A DNA stretch of 64,000 bases, from contig JBCNUU010000007.1 in NCBI GenBank assembly GCA_039630545.1, positions 34,590-98,589 of the forward strand, given 5' to 3'. Source of the stretch: Endomicrobiia bacterium (GTDB taxonomy: Bacteria > Elusimicrobiota > Endomicrobiia > DTEH01). A program made the position numbers and the translations under genes. Below, piece by piece: positions 50,186-59,720 of the stretch. Positions within the stretch are counted from its first letter, which is position 1. Every line of letters starts with the position of its first letter. The notes beneath the pieces are model-generated. The model was not told where the DNA came from. It was given only the letters and a program-made list of their open reading frames with translations, and did not search any database.

Positions 50186-50273
50186 TTGACATTTTCTCTT
50201 TTTTAGTGTATATATAGTTAGGGGTCGGGTAATTAATATTTAATTATCCCAAATTATACCCCGAAAGGAGGTG
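50186..50273 (+). promoter_or_regulatory. Pilin promoter and structured 5' leader
   Basis: TTGACA 50186-50191 with AT-rich -10; GGGGT/ACCCC outer stem, GGGTAATTA/TAATTATCCC inner stem, AGGAGGTG RBS. Confidence 0.6.
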
Positions 50274-50283
50274 AAAAAGGAAA

Positions 50284-50775
50284 ATGAAAAAGTCTAAAGG
50301 TTTTACTTTAATCGAATTAATGGTTGTGGTTGTTATATTAGGTATTCTTGCTGTAGTTGTTGCTCCAAGAATTCCGGACCTCGTGAAAAAAGCAAAAGAA
50401 GGAGCTACAAAAGGTTCGTTGTCTACCCTTCGTTCAACACTGAATATTTACTATAGTGACACAGAAGGTAAATACCCTGCTACAGTATGGAACTATACAG
50501 ATAATAACGATCCAAATGGCGCTTCAAGCAACGTTTTGGAGGCTGCTCTTGTACCGAAGTATATAAAGGCTATCCCTATGGTGAAAGTTCCAACTGCTCA
50601 TTCCTCTGATTCTAATGCGGTATTTGTATATGAAGACGTTCCTTCTGCAGTAAGTGAAAGTTCTTCTGGTTTTGGTTGGGGTTATGGTTCAGAGTATGGT
50701 TCACCTACTTATGGAAATTTAATTGTAAACTGCGAACATACGGATAGTAGCGGAAATTATTGGTATAGTTACTAA
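50284..50775 (+). CDS. Type IV pilin / GspG-like prepilin
   Basis: Class III signal KSKG|FTLIELMVVVVILGILA; strong RBS. Confidence 0.93.
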   Translation: MKKSKGFTLIELMVVVVILGILAVVVAPRIPDLVKKAKEGATKGSLSTLRSTLNIYYSDTEGKYPATVWNYTDNNDPNGASSNVLEAALVPKYIKAIPMVKVPTAHSSDSNAVFVYEDVPSAVSESSSGFGWGYGSEYGSPTYGNLIVNCEHTDSSGNYWYSY

Positions 50776-50818
50776 TATGTGAGAAAATATTTAACAGCAA
50801 ACCTGAATATATAGTAAA

Positions 50819-50854
50819 GGAGACCTGGTAGTTAGCCAGGTCTCCTAAATTTTT
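50819..50854 (+). terminator. Stem-loop between pilin and pilD (terminator or partial attenuator)
   Basis: GGAGACCTGG-N7-CCAGGTCTCC followed by TAAATTTTT. Confidence 0.7.
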
Positions 50855-50856
50855 AT

Positions 50857-51606
50857 ATGGTTTTCATATTAATATCATTCATTATAGGACTAATTTTAGG
50901 AAGTTTTGGTAATGTTTTAATCTATAGAATCCCTAAAAGAATCTCAATTGTTTTTCCAAATTCTTTCTGTCCAAATTGTAACTTTCCTATAAAATGGTAT
51001 GATAATATACCGATTTTGAGTTTTTTTTTACTTAAAGGTAGGTGTAGAAACTGTAAAAATAAAATTTCTTTTTTATATCCGTTAGTTGAGTTTCTGTGTG
51101 GTGTTTTGTGTGTCCTTTTATACTTAAAGTTTGGATTTTTAAAAATGTGGATTTTTTTGAATTTTTTTTTCATTTTATTGGTAATAAGTATAATAGATAT
51201 AAAAACAACTGAAATTCCGGATGAATTGTCTTATTACCTTATTTTTTCTGGTATAATTTTTTCTATTTTTAATCCTTTCATAGGTAGACACGATATTTTT
51301 ATAAGAATAACAAACTCTGCTATAGGTGGACTTACTGGATTTTTTATTTCTTATCTTATAGCTATTACAGGAGAAAAAATTTTTAGAAAGACTGCTTTAG
51401 GTGGAGGAGATATAAAATTGTTTACATCTGTAGGGATTTGGTTAGGATATGAGGGTTTTTTTAAGATAGTGTTTCTTTCTTCATTTTTAGGATTAGTTTT
51501 TATTGTTCTTTTAAGCATCTATAAGAAAAAAACTTTATGGGGTAGTTATTTGCAGTTTGGACCATTTATTTCTTTAGGTTGTTTTTTATATGTTTTTCTT
51601 AATTAA
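50857..51606 (+). CDS. pilD: Prepilin peptidase / N-methyltransferase
   Basis: GSFGNVLIYR, CPNC...CRNC, IDI, GGGDIKL, FGPF. Confidence 0.95.
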   Translation: MVFILISFIIGLILGSFGNVLIYRIPKRISIVFPNSFCPNCNFPIKWYDNIPILSFFLLKGRCRNCKNKISFLYPLVEFLCGVLCVLLYLKFGFLKMWIFLNFFFILLVISIIDIKTTEIPDELSYYLIFSGIIFSIFNPFIGRHDIFIRITNSAIGGLTGFFISYLIAITGEKIFRKTALGGGDIKLFTSVGIWLGYEGFFKIVFLSSFLGLVFIVLLSIYKKKTLWGSYLQFGPFISLGCFLYVFLN

Positions 51607-52177
51607 ATTTTATTTTTATTTTTATTTCTTTCCCTTTTAGATTTTTAATTAATTTATAATTTAAAGGTTGAAGAGTACCCAAGATTAAACTTTGTTCTAA
51701 AGGCAATAGTTCACAACCAGAACATCTTGAAACATAATAGCCGTCATTAAGTACAACCTCATCATATCCAGGCAGTCCCCAGAAAATTGTTTGATAGGTA
51801 TTTAGGTTTTTTAATTTCATAATTTCATGAATTAAAAACCATTGGTTTTCATGAAGTATTTTTATTTCCATCTGAGGTGAAAATTTGTTTGTATATATTT
51901 TATTCCATAGTTCCCAGTCTATTAAAGCCAAAGCTGTTTGTAATTCTTTAAGTGGAGCAGATGAACAAAAAATAGCATAATCCCTAATCCATGGGTAGCT
52001 TTGAAAATAAAATATGAAGTATTTTTCTGAAGGAGTATCATTCAAATAAGCTTTAAAAGATATGGTTTTGTTAAATCTATCCACTTCAATTTGAGAAAAT
52101 ATGTGTTTTGGTTTATAATTTTTACAAGATAAAAGAAGCAACCCTGCAAAAAAAAATATTACTTTTGCTATTCCCAT
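51599..52177 (-). CDS. Hypothetical lipoprotein with CxxC motif (possibly YdjY-like)
   Basis: MGIAKVIFFFAGLLLLSC lipobox; RCSGCELLP; overlaps the amrS stop. Confidence 0.6.
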   Translation of the reverse strand: MGIAKVIFFFAGLLLLSCKNYKPKHIFSQIEVDRFNKTISFKAYLNDTPSEKYFIFYFQSYPWIRDYAIFCSSAPLKELQTALALIDWELWNKIYTNKFSPQMEIKILHENQWFLIHEIMKLKNLNTYQTIFWGLPGYDEVVLNDGYYVSRCSGCELLPLEQSLILGTLQPLNYKLIKNLKGKEIKIKIKFN

Positions 52178-53244
52178 ATACCTGCAATTTTTGTATTGCA
52201 TACTTTACATCTTCCTTTTGTTATATTATTTTCTAATACATTATAACCTACTCTTTTAATTAAAACTTTTTTACACTTCGGACAATAGGTGGATTCATAT
52301 GGATGTCCAGGCACGTTTCCAATATACACATACTTTAATCCAACTTCTTTTGCTATCTGATATGCTTTTTGCAATGTTTCCACTGGAGTAGGGGGAAGAT
52401 TTGTTAATTTATACATTGGATAAAATCTTGAAAAAAATAAAGGGGTTTCATCGCCAAGATTTTCTTTTATCCATACGCACATTTTTTTTATATCTTGCGG
52501 ATTGTCATTCATTGTAGGAATCACAAGATTTACTACTTCTATAAAAGCTCCTTTTTGTTTAAGATATTTTAAAACCTCCAAAACAGGTTGTAGCTTGCCA
52601 GCTGCAAGTTTTCTGTAAAAGTCTTCTGTAAAACCTTTTAAGTCAACCCTAAAAACATCAATATATTTTATAAGTTCATCTAAGGGCGGTATGTTTATGT
52701 ATCCTGAAGTGACCATTACATTTTTTAAGTTATGCTTTCTGGCTTCCTTAGCAATGTCCAGCATGTATTCATAAAAGATTACAGGTTCAGTATAAGTGTA
52801 AGAAATACTTTTTGATCCTGTTTCTAACGCCATCTTTACAATTTCATAAGGAGATATGTTGTAAGTTTTTATTTCTCCTATAGGTCTTTGAGATATTTCC
52901 CAGTTTTGGCAGTGAATACATCTTAAGTTACATCCAGGGGTAGCTAACGAGAAACTTTTAGTTCCAGGCAACATATGAAATACAGGTTTTTTTTCAATCG
53001 GATCCACAGCAATTGATACTGGATGGTTGTATGTCATAGTATAAAGTTTTCCATTCAGGTTTATTCTTACTGTACAATAACCTGTGTGGTTTGGTTTAAG
53101 GATACACTCTCTCGGACATAATACGCATTGAATATTTTTCCCATCCAGGGGTTGCCAGAACATAGCTTCTTTTAGGTTTGTTTGAGAAAGTAGGTTAAGA
53201 CAAAAGACAGTTAATGTAAAGATAAAAAAGATATTTAACTTCAT
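52168..53244 (-). CDS. amrS: AmmeMemoRadiSam system radical SAM enzyme
   Basis: CVLCPREC, VDPIEKKP, GCNLRCIHCQNWEISQ, YTYTEP, YVYIGN, CPKC. Confidence 0.95.
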   Translation of the reverse strand: MKLNIFFIFTLTVFCLNLLSQTNLKEAMFWQPLDGKNIQCVLCPRECILKPNHTGYCTVRINLNGKLYTMTYNHPVSIAVDPIEKKPVFHMLPGTKSFSLATPGCNLRCIHCQNWEISQRPIGEIKTYNISPYEIVKMALETGSKSISYTYTEPVIFYEYMLDIAKEARKHNLKNVMVTSGYINIPPLDELIKYIDVFRVDLKGFTEDFYRKLAAGKLQPVLEVLKYLKQKGAFIEVVNLVIPTMNDNPQDIKKMCVWIKENLGDETPLFFSRFYPMYKLTNLPPTPVETLQKAYQIAKEVGLKYVYIGNVPGHPYESTYCPKCKKVLIKRVGYNVLENNITKGRCKVCNTKIAGIWE

Positions 53245-53903
53245 TTAGGGTATCCTACAGGCATGACATACAATGCAGTTTCCTCAGAAGAGAGTTCAAG
53301 AAGTTTGTTAATTTCTTCATCTCTAAAAGCTCCAACCTGAACTGTGCCTAAACCCAATGCAGTTGCTTGTAATGTAAAATTTTGTGCAGAATGTCCAAGA
53401 TCTATATGTATATAACGGGTTTTTCCTCTTTCTTTATACCAGTAGGAAACTTTATTGTAGTTTCCAACCCATACAAAACTTAAAGGAGCCTCTGATATAA
53501 AACTCTGATTATAACAACAAAAAGTAAGTTCTTTTCTAAAATCACCTTTTTTGATGAGTCTTATGGTGTGATTTCTGTAGTTATACTTATAAATTCCTGG
53601 CTGAAGATTTTCAACTTTGCCACATACAATATAAATCTCTAAAGGATAAATACCTCCAGCAGAAGGAAATACTCTCGTAGCAGAACTTACACCATCTACA
53701 GTTGTTCCACATGTAGCCCATAGGAGCTGACTTAGTTGTTTTAAAGTCAAAGAGGTATCCTTAAAACTTCTTTTAGCTTTCCACTTGTAAATTGTTTCTT
53801 CTAAGGAGACATTACTTTTGTAATTTGGTGCAGGCAGGTTAATCTCTTTTGTAAAGTTTATCCAGGGAAGTGTTAATAATAAAAATAAAATTACTCGCTT
53901 CAT
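53241..53903 (-). CDS. SagB/ThcOx-like nitroreductase-family protein
   Basis: LSQLLWA, PSAGGIYPLEIY, GHSAQN, ALGLG..VGAF. Confidence 0.9.
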   Translation of the reverse strand: MKRVILFLLLTLPWINFTKEINLPAPNYKSNVSLEETIYKWKAKRSFKDTSLTLKQLSQLLWATCGTTVDGVSSATRVFPSAGGIYPLEIYIVCGKVENLQPGIYKYNYRNHTIRLIKKGDFRKELTFCCYNQSFISEAPLSFVWVGNYNKVSYWYKERGKTRYIHIDLGHSAQNFTLQATALGLGTVQVGAFRDEEINKLLELSSEETALYVMPVGYPK

Positions 53904-53942
53904 GCTTGTTTTTAATTACAAAATTTTAGTATTATATTCAAC

Positions 53943-55778
53943 ATGAAAAATATAAAAAATTCAATATTAACTTTTTTGTTTTTTTTGTTTTTTATATTAG
54001 TTCCTATTATACCGGATGTTCAAATTACAAGACCTAAACTTCTTGTGATAGAGATTTTTGCTTTTTTATTATTTGTTATTTTTGTTTTAGCAACTGTTTT
54101 AGAAAACAAAATATTTTACTACAGTACTAAATTATATTTTTTGTTTTATTTGTTTTTGCTTTATGTTTTAGCGAGATATTTAGTTTCTGATGAAAAACCT
54201 CTTATGTTTAACGAATTAAAAAGATGGATTTTAAGTAGTTGGATTTTATATATTGTAAGCATTTCATCTTATAATAAAGTAAGAATCTTTTTAAATTTTT
54301 TTATTTTTGGTTCATTTTTAAGTATAATTTATGGATTTCTACAATACACAGGTGGAATTCATGGTTTTATAGAAGTTCCCAGGATGGAAAGAGTAATGAG
54401 TATGTTTGGTAATCCCATATTTTTTGCAGTTCACATAATAAATTTTCTGCCGATAGTTTTAGGGATGTTACTTACAGAGAAAAAATTTTTTTTAAAAATA
54501 CTTTATGGGTGTATTTTTTTGTTTTCTATTATTACTCTTTATTATACTAAAACTCGTGCTGCTTTTTTAGGAGCATTTGTAAGTTTTATATTTTTTATAT
54601 ATTTTGTTTCCTCATCTAAAAAGAAGCTTTTTTATTTAAGTATTTTTGTTGCTATTTTTATAGCATTTTTATTTTTTACAAAACACATATGGTTCAGACA
54701 TCAAGCACATCCACTTATATGGCGAGATACCATTAAGATGTGGTTGAAGTCTCCTGTTTTTGGAATAGGTATTGGTAAATTTCATATAGAGTTTGTAAAG
54801 TTTGCTTCTGATGAGTTAAGAAGAATATGGCCCCAGAAAAGTTTTATAATCAATGATGCTCACAATGAATATCTTCAAATTCTTTCTGAAAGTGGAATTG
54901 CAGGGTTTCTTTTGTTTGTTGTTCCTGTAATTTTATTTTTTAAAAAAACATTAGAAAAAACAAATTTTCAAAAAGAGATTTCTAAAAAAATAATAGTAAT
55001 TTCTTTGCTAAGTAGTTGTCTAGCGGTTTTAGTTCAGAATTTTTTTAGTGTAGATATGAGATTTATAATTTCAAATGTCTATTTATTTCTCACGATTGGA
55101 TTGGTCTTCGGACTCACAGATGAACTTAAGTATAAAACTCTGTTTTTTTCTTTAAAAGAAGTAAAAGTTCTTTCAATTTTAGTGTTTATATTTGTTTTAG
55201 GATTAATATCTTTTTCTAAAAATTGTATAAGTTTTTTTGGTATCATTCATTTAACTTCGTCTGACATAAAATTTAAAATTGACGATAATGGTTTTGGTTT
55301 GCTTCAGATTATACTTAGGCCTTATCTTGCTAACTATAAACTTTCAAAAGAAAAAGACTTTTTTGAAGAAAAAATAGTAAATGCTGCAAGCACGCTTCAG
55401 GAGTTAGAAAAATTAAAAGAAAAATATCCAGATAAATCAATAATTTACGAAAAAATTGCCTGGATTTATGCTAAAGAAAGACAATTTGATAAAGCAATAC
55501 AAAATTATTTGAAAGCAATAGAACTTAATCCAAATTCTTACGCTGCATATAATAATCTTGGAAATATTATGTTTTATATTGATAGAAAAAAAGCAATTGA
55601 ATATTATATAAAGTCAATTGAAATAAATCCAAACCAAGTTGATGCAAGACTAAATTTAGGAATTACTTATTATCTTGAGGGTAAACTTAATTTAGCAGGT
55701 GAGCAATTTAATGAAGTTTTAAAAATAGATCCTAAAAATGAAAAAGCAATAGTTTATTTAAAAAAAATGAGAGAGTAA
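53943..55778 (+). CDS. O-antigen ligase (Wzy_C) family membrane protein with C-terminal TPRs
   Basis: SMFGNP, TKTRAA, IWRDT, GIGIGKF, AHNEYLQ; TPR helices (AYNNLG, ARLNLG). Confidence 0.88.
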   Translation: MKNIKNSILTFLFFLFFILVPIIPDVQITRPKLLVIEIFAFLLFVIFVLATVLENKIFYYSTKLYFLFYLFLLYVLARYLVSDEKPLMFNELKRWILSSWILYIVSISSYNKVRIFLNFFIFGSFLSIIYGFLQYTGGIHGFIEVPRMERVMSMFGNPIFFAVHIINFLPIVLGMLLTEKKFFLKILYGCIFLFSIITLYYTKTRAAFLGAFVSFIFFIYFVSSSKKKLFYLSIFVAIFIAFLFFTKHIWFRHQAHPLIWRDTIKMWLKSPVFGIGIGKFHIEFVKFASDELRRIWPQKSFIINDAHNEYLQILSESGIAGFLLFVVPVILFFKKTLEKTNFQKEISKKIIVISLLSSCLAVLVQNFFSVDMRFIISNVYLFLTIGLVFGLTDELKYKTLFFSLKEVKVLSILVFIFVLGLISFSKNCISFFGIIHLTSSDIKFKIDDNGFGLLQIILRPYLANYKLSKEKDFFEEKIVNAASTLQELEKLKEKYPDKSIIYEKIAWIYAKERQFDKAIQNYLKAIELNPNSYAAYNNLGNIMFYIDRKKAIEYYIKSIEINPNQVDARLNLGITYYLEGKLNLAGEQFNEVLKIDPKNEKAIVYLKKMRE

Positions 55779-55779
55779 T

Positions 55780-56961
55780 ATGAACAAAGATTTAATATGT
55801 CAACATTTTAGAATATGTGGTGGCTGTCAACTGCAAGACCTTGAATATGATAAACAGATTTCTTTAAAACAGGATAATTTAAAGAGCACATTTAAAGATT
55901 TTGAGGTTGAAAATTTTTATGAAATAGTTGCCTCTCCAGATATATGGTTTTATAGAAATAAAATGGAATTTGCTTTTGGTAAAGAAAAAACAGGTAAAGT
56001 TGTAGTTGGTTTAAGAGAGAAAAACAAATTTTATAAAGTTATAAACTTAAAAGAATGTAAAATTAGTTTTCAACAAACAGGTGAGATATTAGATATAGCA
56101 CGTCTCTGGGCAGAAGAAAATGGTTTACAACCTTATGATTTTTTTAATCATAAAGGTAAAGTTAGATATTTAGTAGTTAAACATTCAAAAACATACAACA
56201 ACATAATGTTAAATATCGTTATAACTGGAACTAGATATCAGATTGAAAATTATGAAAAAAAGGTGTTGGAAGACTTCGTAAAAAGATGTAAAGATATTTC
56301 AAATATATCCTCAATTTATTTCTCAATTAACAATAGCATCTCTGATAATGCTAATCCTGAGGAATCTTTTTGTATATATGGAGAAAAGCATATAAAAGAG
56401 ACGCTAAATTATGTAAATTATTTAATTTATCCTGCTACATTTTTTCAAACAAACACAAGATGTTGTGAAAAGTTGTATGAGTTAATTTTAAATGAGCTAG
56501 AAGAGGGTAATACTTTAGATTTATATTGTGGAACCGGAGGAATCACTTTACAGATAGCCAAACATAAACCTGAAGGGAAGATAATTGGTATAGATTCTTC
56601 TAAGCAAAACATAGAAGTTGCTTTAGAAAATGCAAAAATAAATTCTATTTCTTTTGATATAGTTGAATTTATAAATGACAATGTTGAAAATTTCCTTTTG
56701 AAGTTATGGAAGTCAAAATTTATGGCAAACCTTTCTAATATAATAGTTGATCCTCCAAGACCAGGTTTAAGTAGAAAAGTAAAAAGTATTCTCAATGACA
56801 CAGGTGTTTTTAAAATAATATATGTTTCCTGTAATCCTAAAACTCTTTATGAGGATTTGAAAAGTTTTGTAAAATTTTATAAAATCAAAAAAATAATTCC
56901 CGTAGATATGTTTCCACATACAAATCACATAGAAGTTATTTGTGTACTGGAGCATAAATAA
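55780..56961 (+). CDS. rlmD: 23S rRNA (uracil-C5)-methyltransferase RlmD/TrmA family
   Basis: CQHFRICGGC, YRNKMEF, FFQTN, DLYCGTG, DPPR, YVSCNP, DMFPHT. Confidence 0.93.
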   Translation: MNKDLICQHFRICGGCQLQDLEYDKQISLKQDNLKSTFKDFEVENFYEIVASPDIWFYRNKMEFAFGKEKTGKVVVGLREKNKFYKVINLKECKISFQQTGEILDIARLWAEENGLQPYDFFNHKGKVRYLVVKHSKTYNNIMLNIVITGTRYQIENYEKKVLEDFVKRCKDISNISSIYFSINNSISDNANPEESFCIYGEKHIKETLNYVNYLIYPATFFQTNTRCCEKLYELILNELEEGNTLDLYCGTGGITLQIAKHKPEGKIIGIDSSKQNIEVALENAKINSISFDIVEFINDNVENFLLKLWKSKFMANLSNIIVDPPRPGLSRKVKSILNDTGVFKIIYVSCNPKTLYEDLKSFVKFYKIKKIIPVDMFPHTNHIEVICVLEHK

Positions 56962-56962
56962 A

Positions 56963-59185
56963 ATGGAACAATTTTTATCACAATTAAACGCACAACAACT
57001 AGCTGCTGTTAAATATATAGAAGGACCAATGGTGGTATTTGCAGGAGCAGGAACTGGAAAAACTAGAGTTATTACTTATAGAATAGCTTATCTTTTAAGT
57101 ATAGGAGTTAATCCTTATAATATTTTAGGGGTTACTTTTACTAACAAAGCAGCTGAAGAAATGAAACAAAGAGTGATAGAGTTGGTGCCTGATAAAGGAA
57201 GGTATGTGTGGATTTCTACATTCCATTCCCTGTGTGCTTCAATTTTATATTTAGAGAAAGAATCGCTTGGGATTTATAAGAATTTTGTTATTTATGATGA
57301 AACAGATTCTATAAACTTAATAAAAGAAATTTTGAGTGAAATTTCTTTAGAAAACAAAAAAATTTCTCCGTATGATATATATGAAAAAATATGTAGAGCA
57401 AAAGACAATCTAATAGATGCTACCTCATATAAAATTCATGCTGAAGTTAAAAAAGATCCTGTAAAAGAAATAGTTTCTGAGGTTTACATAAGATACCAAA
57501 ATAAATTAGAGAAAAATCATGCTTTTGATTTTGGTGATTTATTGATAAAAGTTATAGAAGCATTTAAAGATCCAAAATATGCATCAGTTAAAGAAAAATA
57601 TACAGATAGATTTAAATTTATCCATGTAGATGAATATCAAGATGTTAATCACGCTCAAGTAGTATTGTTGAAAATACTTTCTTCAAAACATAAAAATGTA
57701 TGTGTTGTAGGAGATGATGATCAAGCAATTTATTCTTGGAGAGGAAGTGATGTTAGATATCTTTTAAACTTTTCTAAAGAGTTTGCTACTGATAATATTC
57801 CAGTAAAAAAATTTAAATTAGAAAAAAATTACAGATCCAAACAGAGCATTTTAGATATAGGGAACACTTTGATTTCGCATAATAAGGATAGATATAAAAA
57901 AGTTCTATTTAGTGATATAAAAGGAAACATAAAAGAAGATATTATTATTCGCCAGTTTAAAAATGAGTATGAGGAAGCGAAGTTTGTTGCAAAAAGTATT
58001 GCTTCTTTTAAGGATGATAAAAATTCAATAGCAGTTCTTTATAGAACCAATACGCAATCAAGAGTATTTGAAGAGGTCTTTATGGAATTTAATATTCCTT
58101 ATAAAATTGTTGGATCTGTTGGTTTTTATGAACGAAAAGAAATAAAAGATATTATAGCTTATCTTAAAATTCTTGTTAATCCATATGATGAGATTTCTTT
58201 AAAGAGAATAATAAATATACCACCAAGAGGGATAGGAGAAGTTACTATTTTATATCTATCTACATTATCTAAAGAAAACAAAATTTCATTATGGGAACAG
58301 ATTTTAAAAATTGATGAGACAGAACTCTCTTTAAAGGTTAAAAATTCCATATGGAAGTTTTTGACTTTATATGATATTCTTAAAAAATGCAAAGAAACTA
58401 TGATGCCCTCAGAGTTTTTGAAGTTTCTTATTGAAAAAACAGGTTATATAGATTTTATAGAAGAAAATTATAAATATCAGGAAAAAATAGAAAAAATAAA
58501 AAACTTACAAGAACTAATCTCAGTAGCTAAAGAATATGAAAAAAAAGACGATATTTCTACTATAGAAGAATTTTTAAATAAAATTTCTTTGTTTTCAAGT
58601 AGTGATTTGGTAGATTCTGAAAATTTTGTTTATCTTATGACTTTGCATATAGCTAAAGGGCTCGAATTTGATGTGGTGTTTTTGGTGGGATTAGAAGAAG
58701 GAATTTTGCCTATTTATTATGTCTTAGGTAGAAATCAGTTTATTCATAAGTTCCCTTCTGAACTTTACGATGAAGATAGTACAGTTTTTTCTGCTTCTTC
58801 TATTAATGAAGAAAGAAGACTTTGTTATGTTGGTATAACTAGAGCTAAAAATAAACTTTATCTTACTTATTCTCTAAAAAGAAAAATCTACGGTATTGAA
58901 AGAGAACTTATGCCTTCACGATTTCTGGATGAAATTTTATTAGAATATAATAAAACTTTAGAAAAGCCACAACAAAAAGAACCCTTTATAGACAAAATAG
59001 ACTTAAAAGAGATAAACTCATTTAATGTTTTAAGAGTTGGAGAATATGTAGTACATGAAAAATTTGGAATAGGAAAAGTTACAGATATACTACGAGAACC
59101 ATTTGATAACAAAATAGTTGTTTTGTTTCAAGATGGTAAGGAACGTAAGCTAAGTTTAAACTATGCTAAACTTAAAAAACTTTAA
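56963..59185 (+). CDS. pcrA: UvrD/PcrA superfamily I helicase
   Basis: AGAGTGKT, TFTNKAA, DEYQD, GDDDQAIY, NYRS, AKGLEF, YVGITRA, C-terminal Tudor-like HEKFGIG. Confidence 0.93.
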   Translation: MEQFLSQLNAQQLAAVKYIEGPMVVFAGAGTGKTRVITYRIAYLLSIGVNPYNILGVTFTNKAAEEMKQRVIELVPDKGRYVWISTFHSLCASILYLEKESLGIYKNFVIYDETDSINLIKEILSEISLENKKISPYDIYEKICRAKDNLIDATSYKIHAEVKKDPVKEIVSEVYIRYQNKLEKNHAFDFGDLLIKVIEAFKDPKYASVKEKYTDRFKFIHVDEYQDVNHAQVVLLKILSSKHKNVCVVGDDDQAIYSWRGSDVRYLLNFSKEFATDNIPVKKFKLEKNYRSKQSILDIGNTLISHNKDRYKKVLFSDIKGNIKEDIIIRQFKNEYEEAKFVAKSIASFKDDKNSIAVLYRTNTQSRVFEEVFMEFNIPYKIVGSVGFYERKEIKDIIAYLKILVNPYDEISLKRIINIPPRGIGEVTILYLSTLSKENKISLWEQILKIDETELSLKVKNSIWKFLTLYDILKKCKETMMPSEFLKFLIEKTGYIDFIEENYKYQEKIEKIKNLQELISVAKEYEKKDDISTIEEFLNKISLFSSSDLVDSENFVYLMTLHIAKGLEFDVVFLVGLEEGILPIYYVLGRNQFIHKFPSELYDEDSTVFSASSINEERRLCYVGITRAKNKLYLTYSLKRKIYGIERELMPSRFLDEILLEYNKTLEKPQQKEPFIDKIDLKEINSFNVLRVGEYVVHEKFGIGKVTDILREPFDNKIVVLFQDGKERKLSLNYAKLKKL

Positions 59186-59191
59186 AAAGGC

Positions 59192-59497
59192 ATGAGAAAA
59201 ATTACAAAAGAAGAAGTAAAACATATAGCCTATCTTTCAAGATTGGCTCTCACAGAAGAAGAGTTAGAAATTTACTCTGAACAATTAGAAATAATTTTAG
59301 AATACATGGATAAGTTAAATAGTGTGGATACATCAAATGTAGAACCTGTAAAAAATATTTTGAAACTTTATAATTTAGATATAAAACCGCACTACAGAGA
59401 AGACATACCCAAAGACAGTGGTTGTCAAAAAGAGATATTAGAGAATGCACCCCAAAGAGTACACAATTATTTTAAAGTAGAAAAGATAATTGAATAA
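59192..59497 (+). CDS. gatC: Asp/Glu-tRNA amidotransferase subunit C
   Basis: VKHIAYLSRL, VDTSNVEP, RED, NAP...YFKV. Confidence 0.92.
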   Translation: MRKITKEEVKHIAYLSRLALTEEELEIYSEQLEIILEYMDKLNSVDTSNVEPVKNILKLYNLDIKPHYREDIPKDSGCQKEILENAPQRVHNYFKVEKIIE

Positions 59498-59523
59498 TTT
59501 TTAAAGTCAGGAGGAAATCAGTT

Positions 59524-59718
59524 ATGTCTAGAAGATGTCTTTTGTGTAATAAAGGTCCAAGAGCAGGCAAAAGTGTAGCCCACTCTAAAAAGACAACCCC
59601 CAGAAGATTTTTGCCAAATGTTCAAAAGAAAAAATTTAAGTTAAAAGGTAAATTATACAAAGGTTATATTTGTACAAGGTGTATGCGTACTTATAAAGAA
59701 GAGATAATTTATCTTTAA
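59524..59718 (+). CDS. rpmB: 50S ribosomal protein L28 (Cys-containing form)
   Basis: [10 protein letters not shown]...G...AHS...RRFLPNVQ...ICTRC. Confidence 0.93.
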   Translation: MSRRCLLCNKGPRAGKSVAHSKKTTPRRFLPNVQKKKFKLKGKLYKGYICTRCMRTYKEEIIYL

Positions 59719-59720
59719 TT

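Noticed and set aside
50221..50262. Known riboswitch (e.g. c-di-GMP) in the pilin leader
   Set aside because: Too short, and I see none of the conserved aptamer motifs
52168..53903. RiPP (azole) cluster suggested by SagB-like plus radical SAM genes
   Set aside because: No YcaO, precursor peptide or SPASM domain; the radical SAM enzyme is clearly AmrS-type
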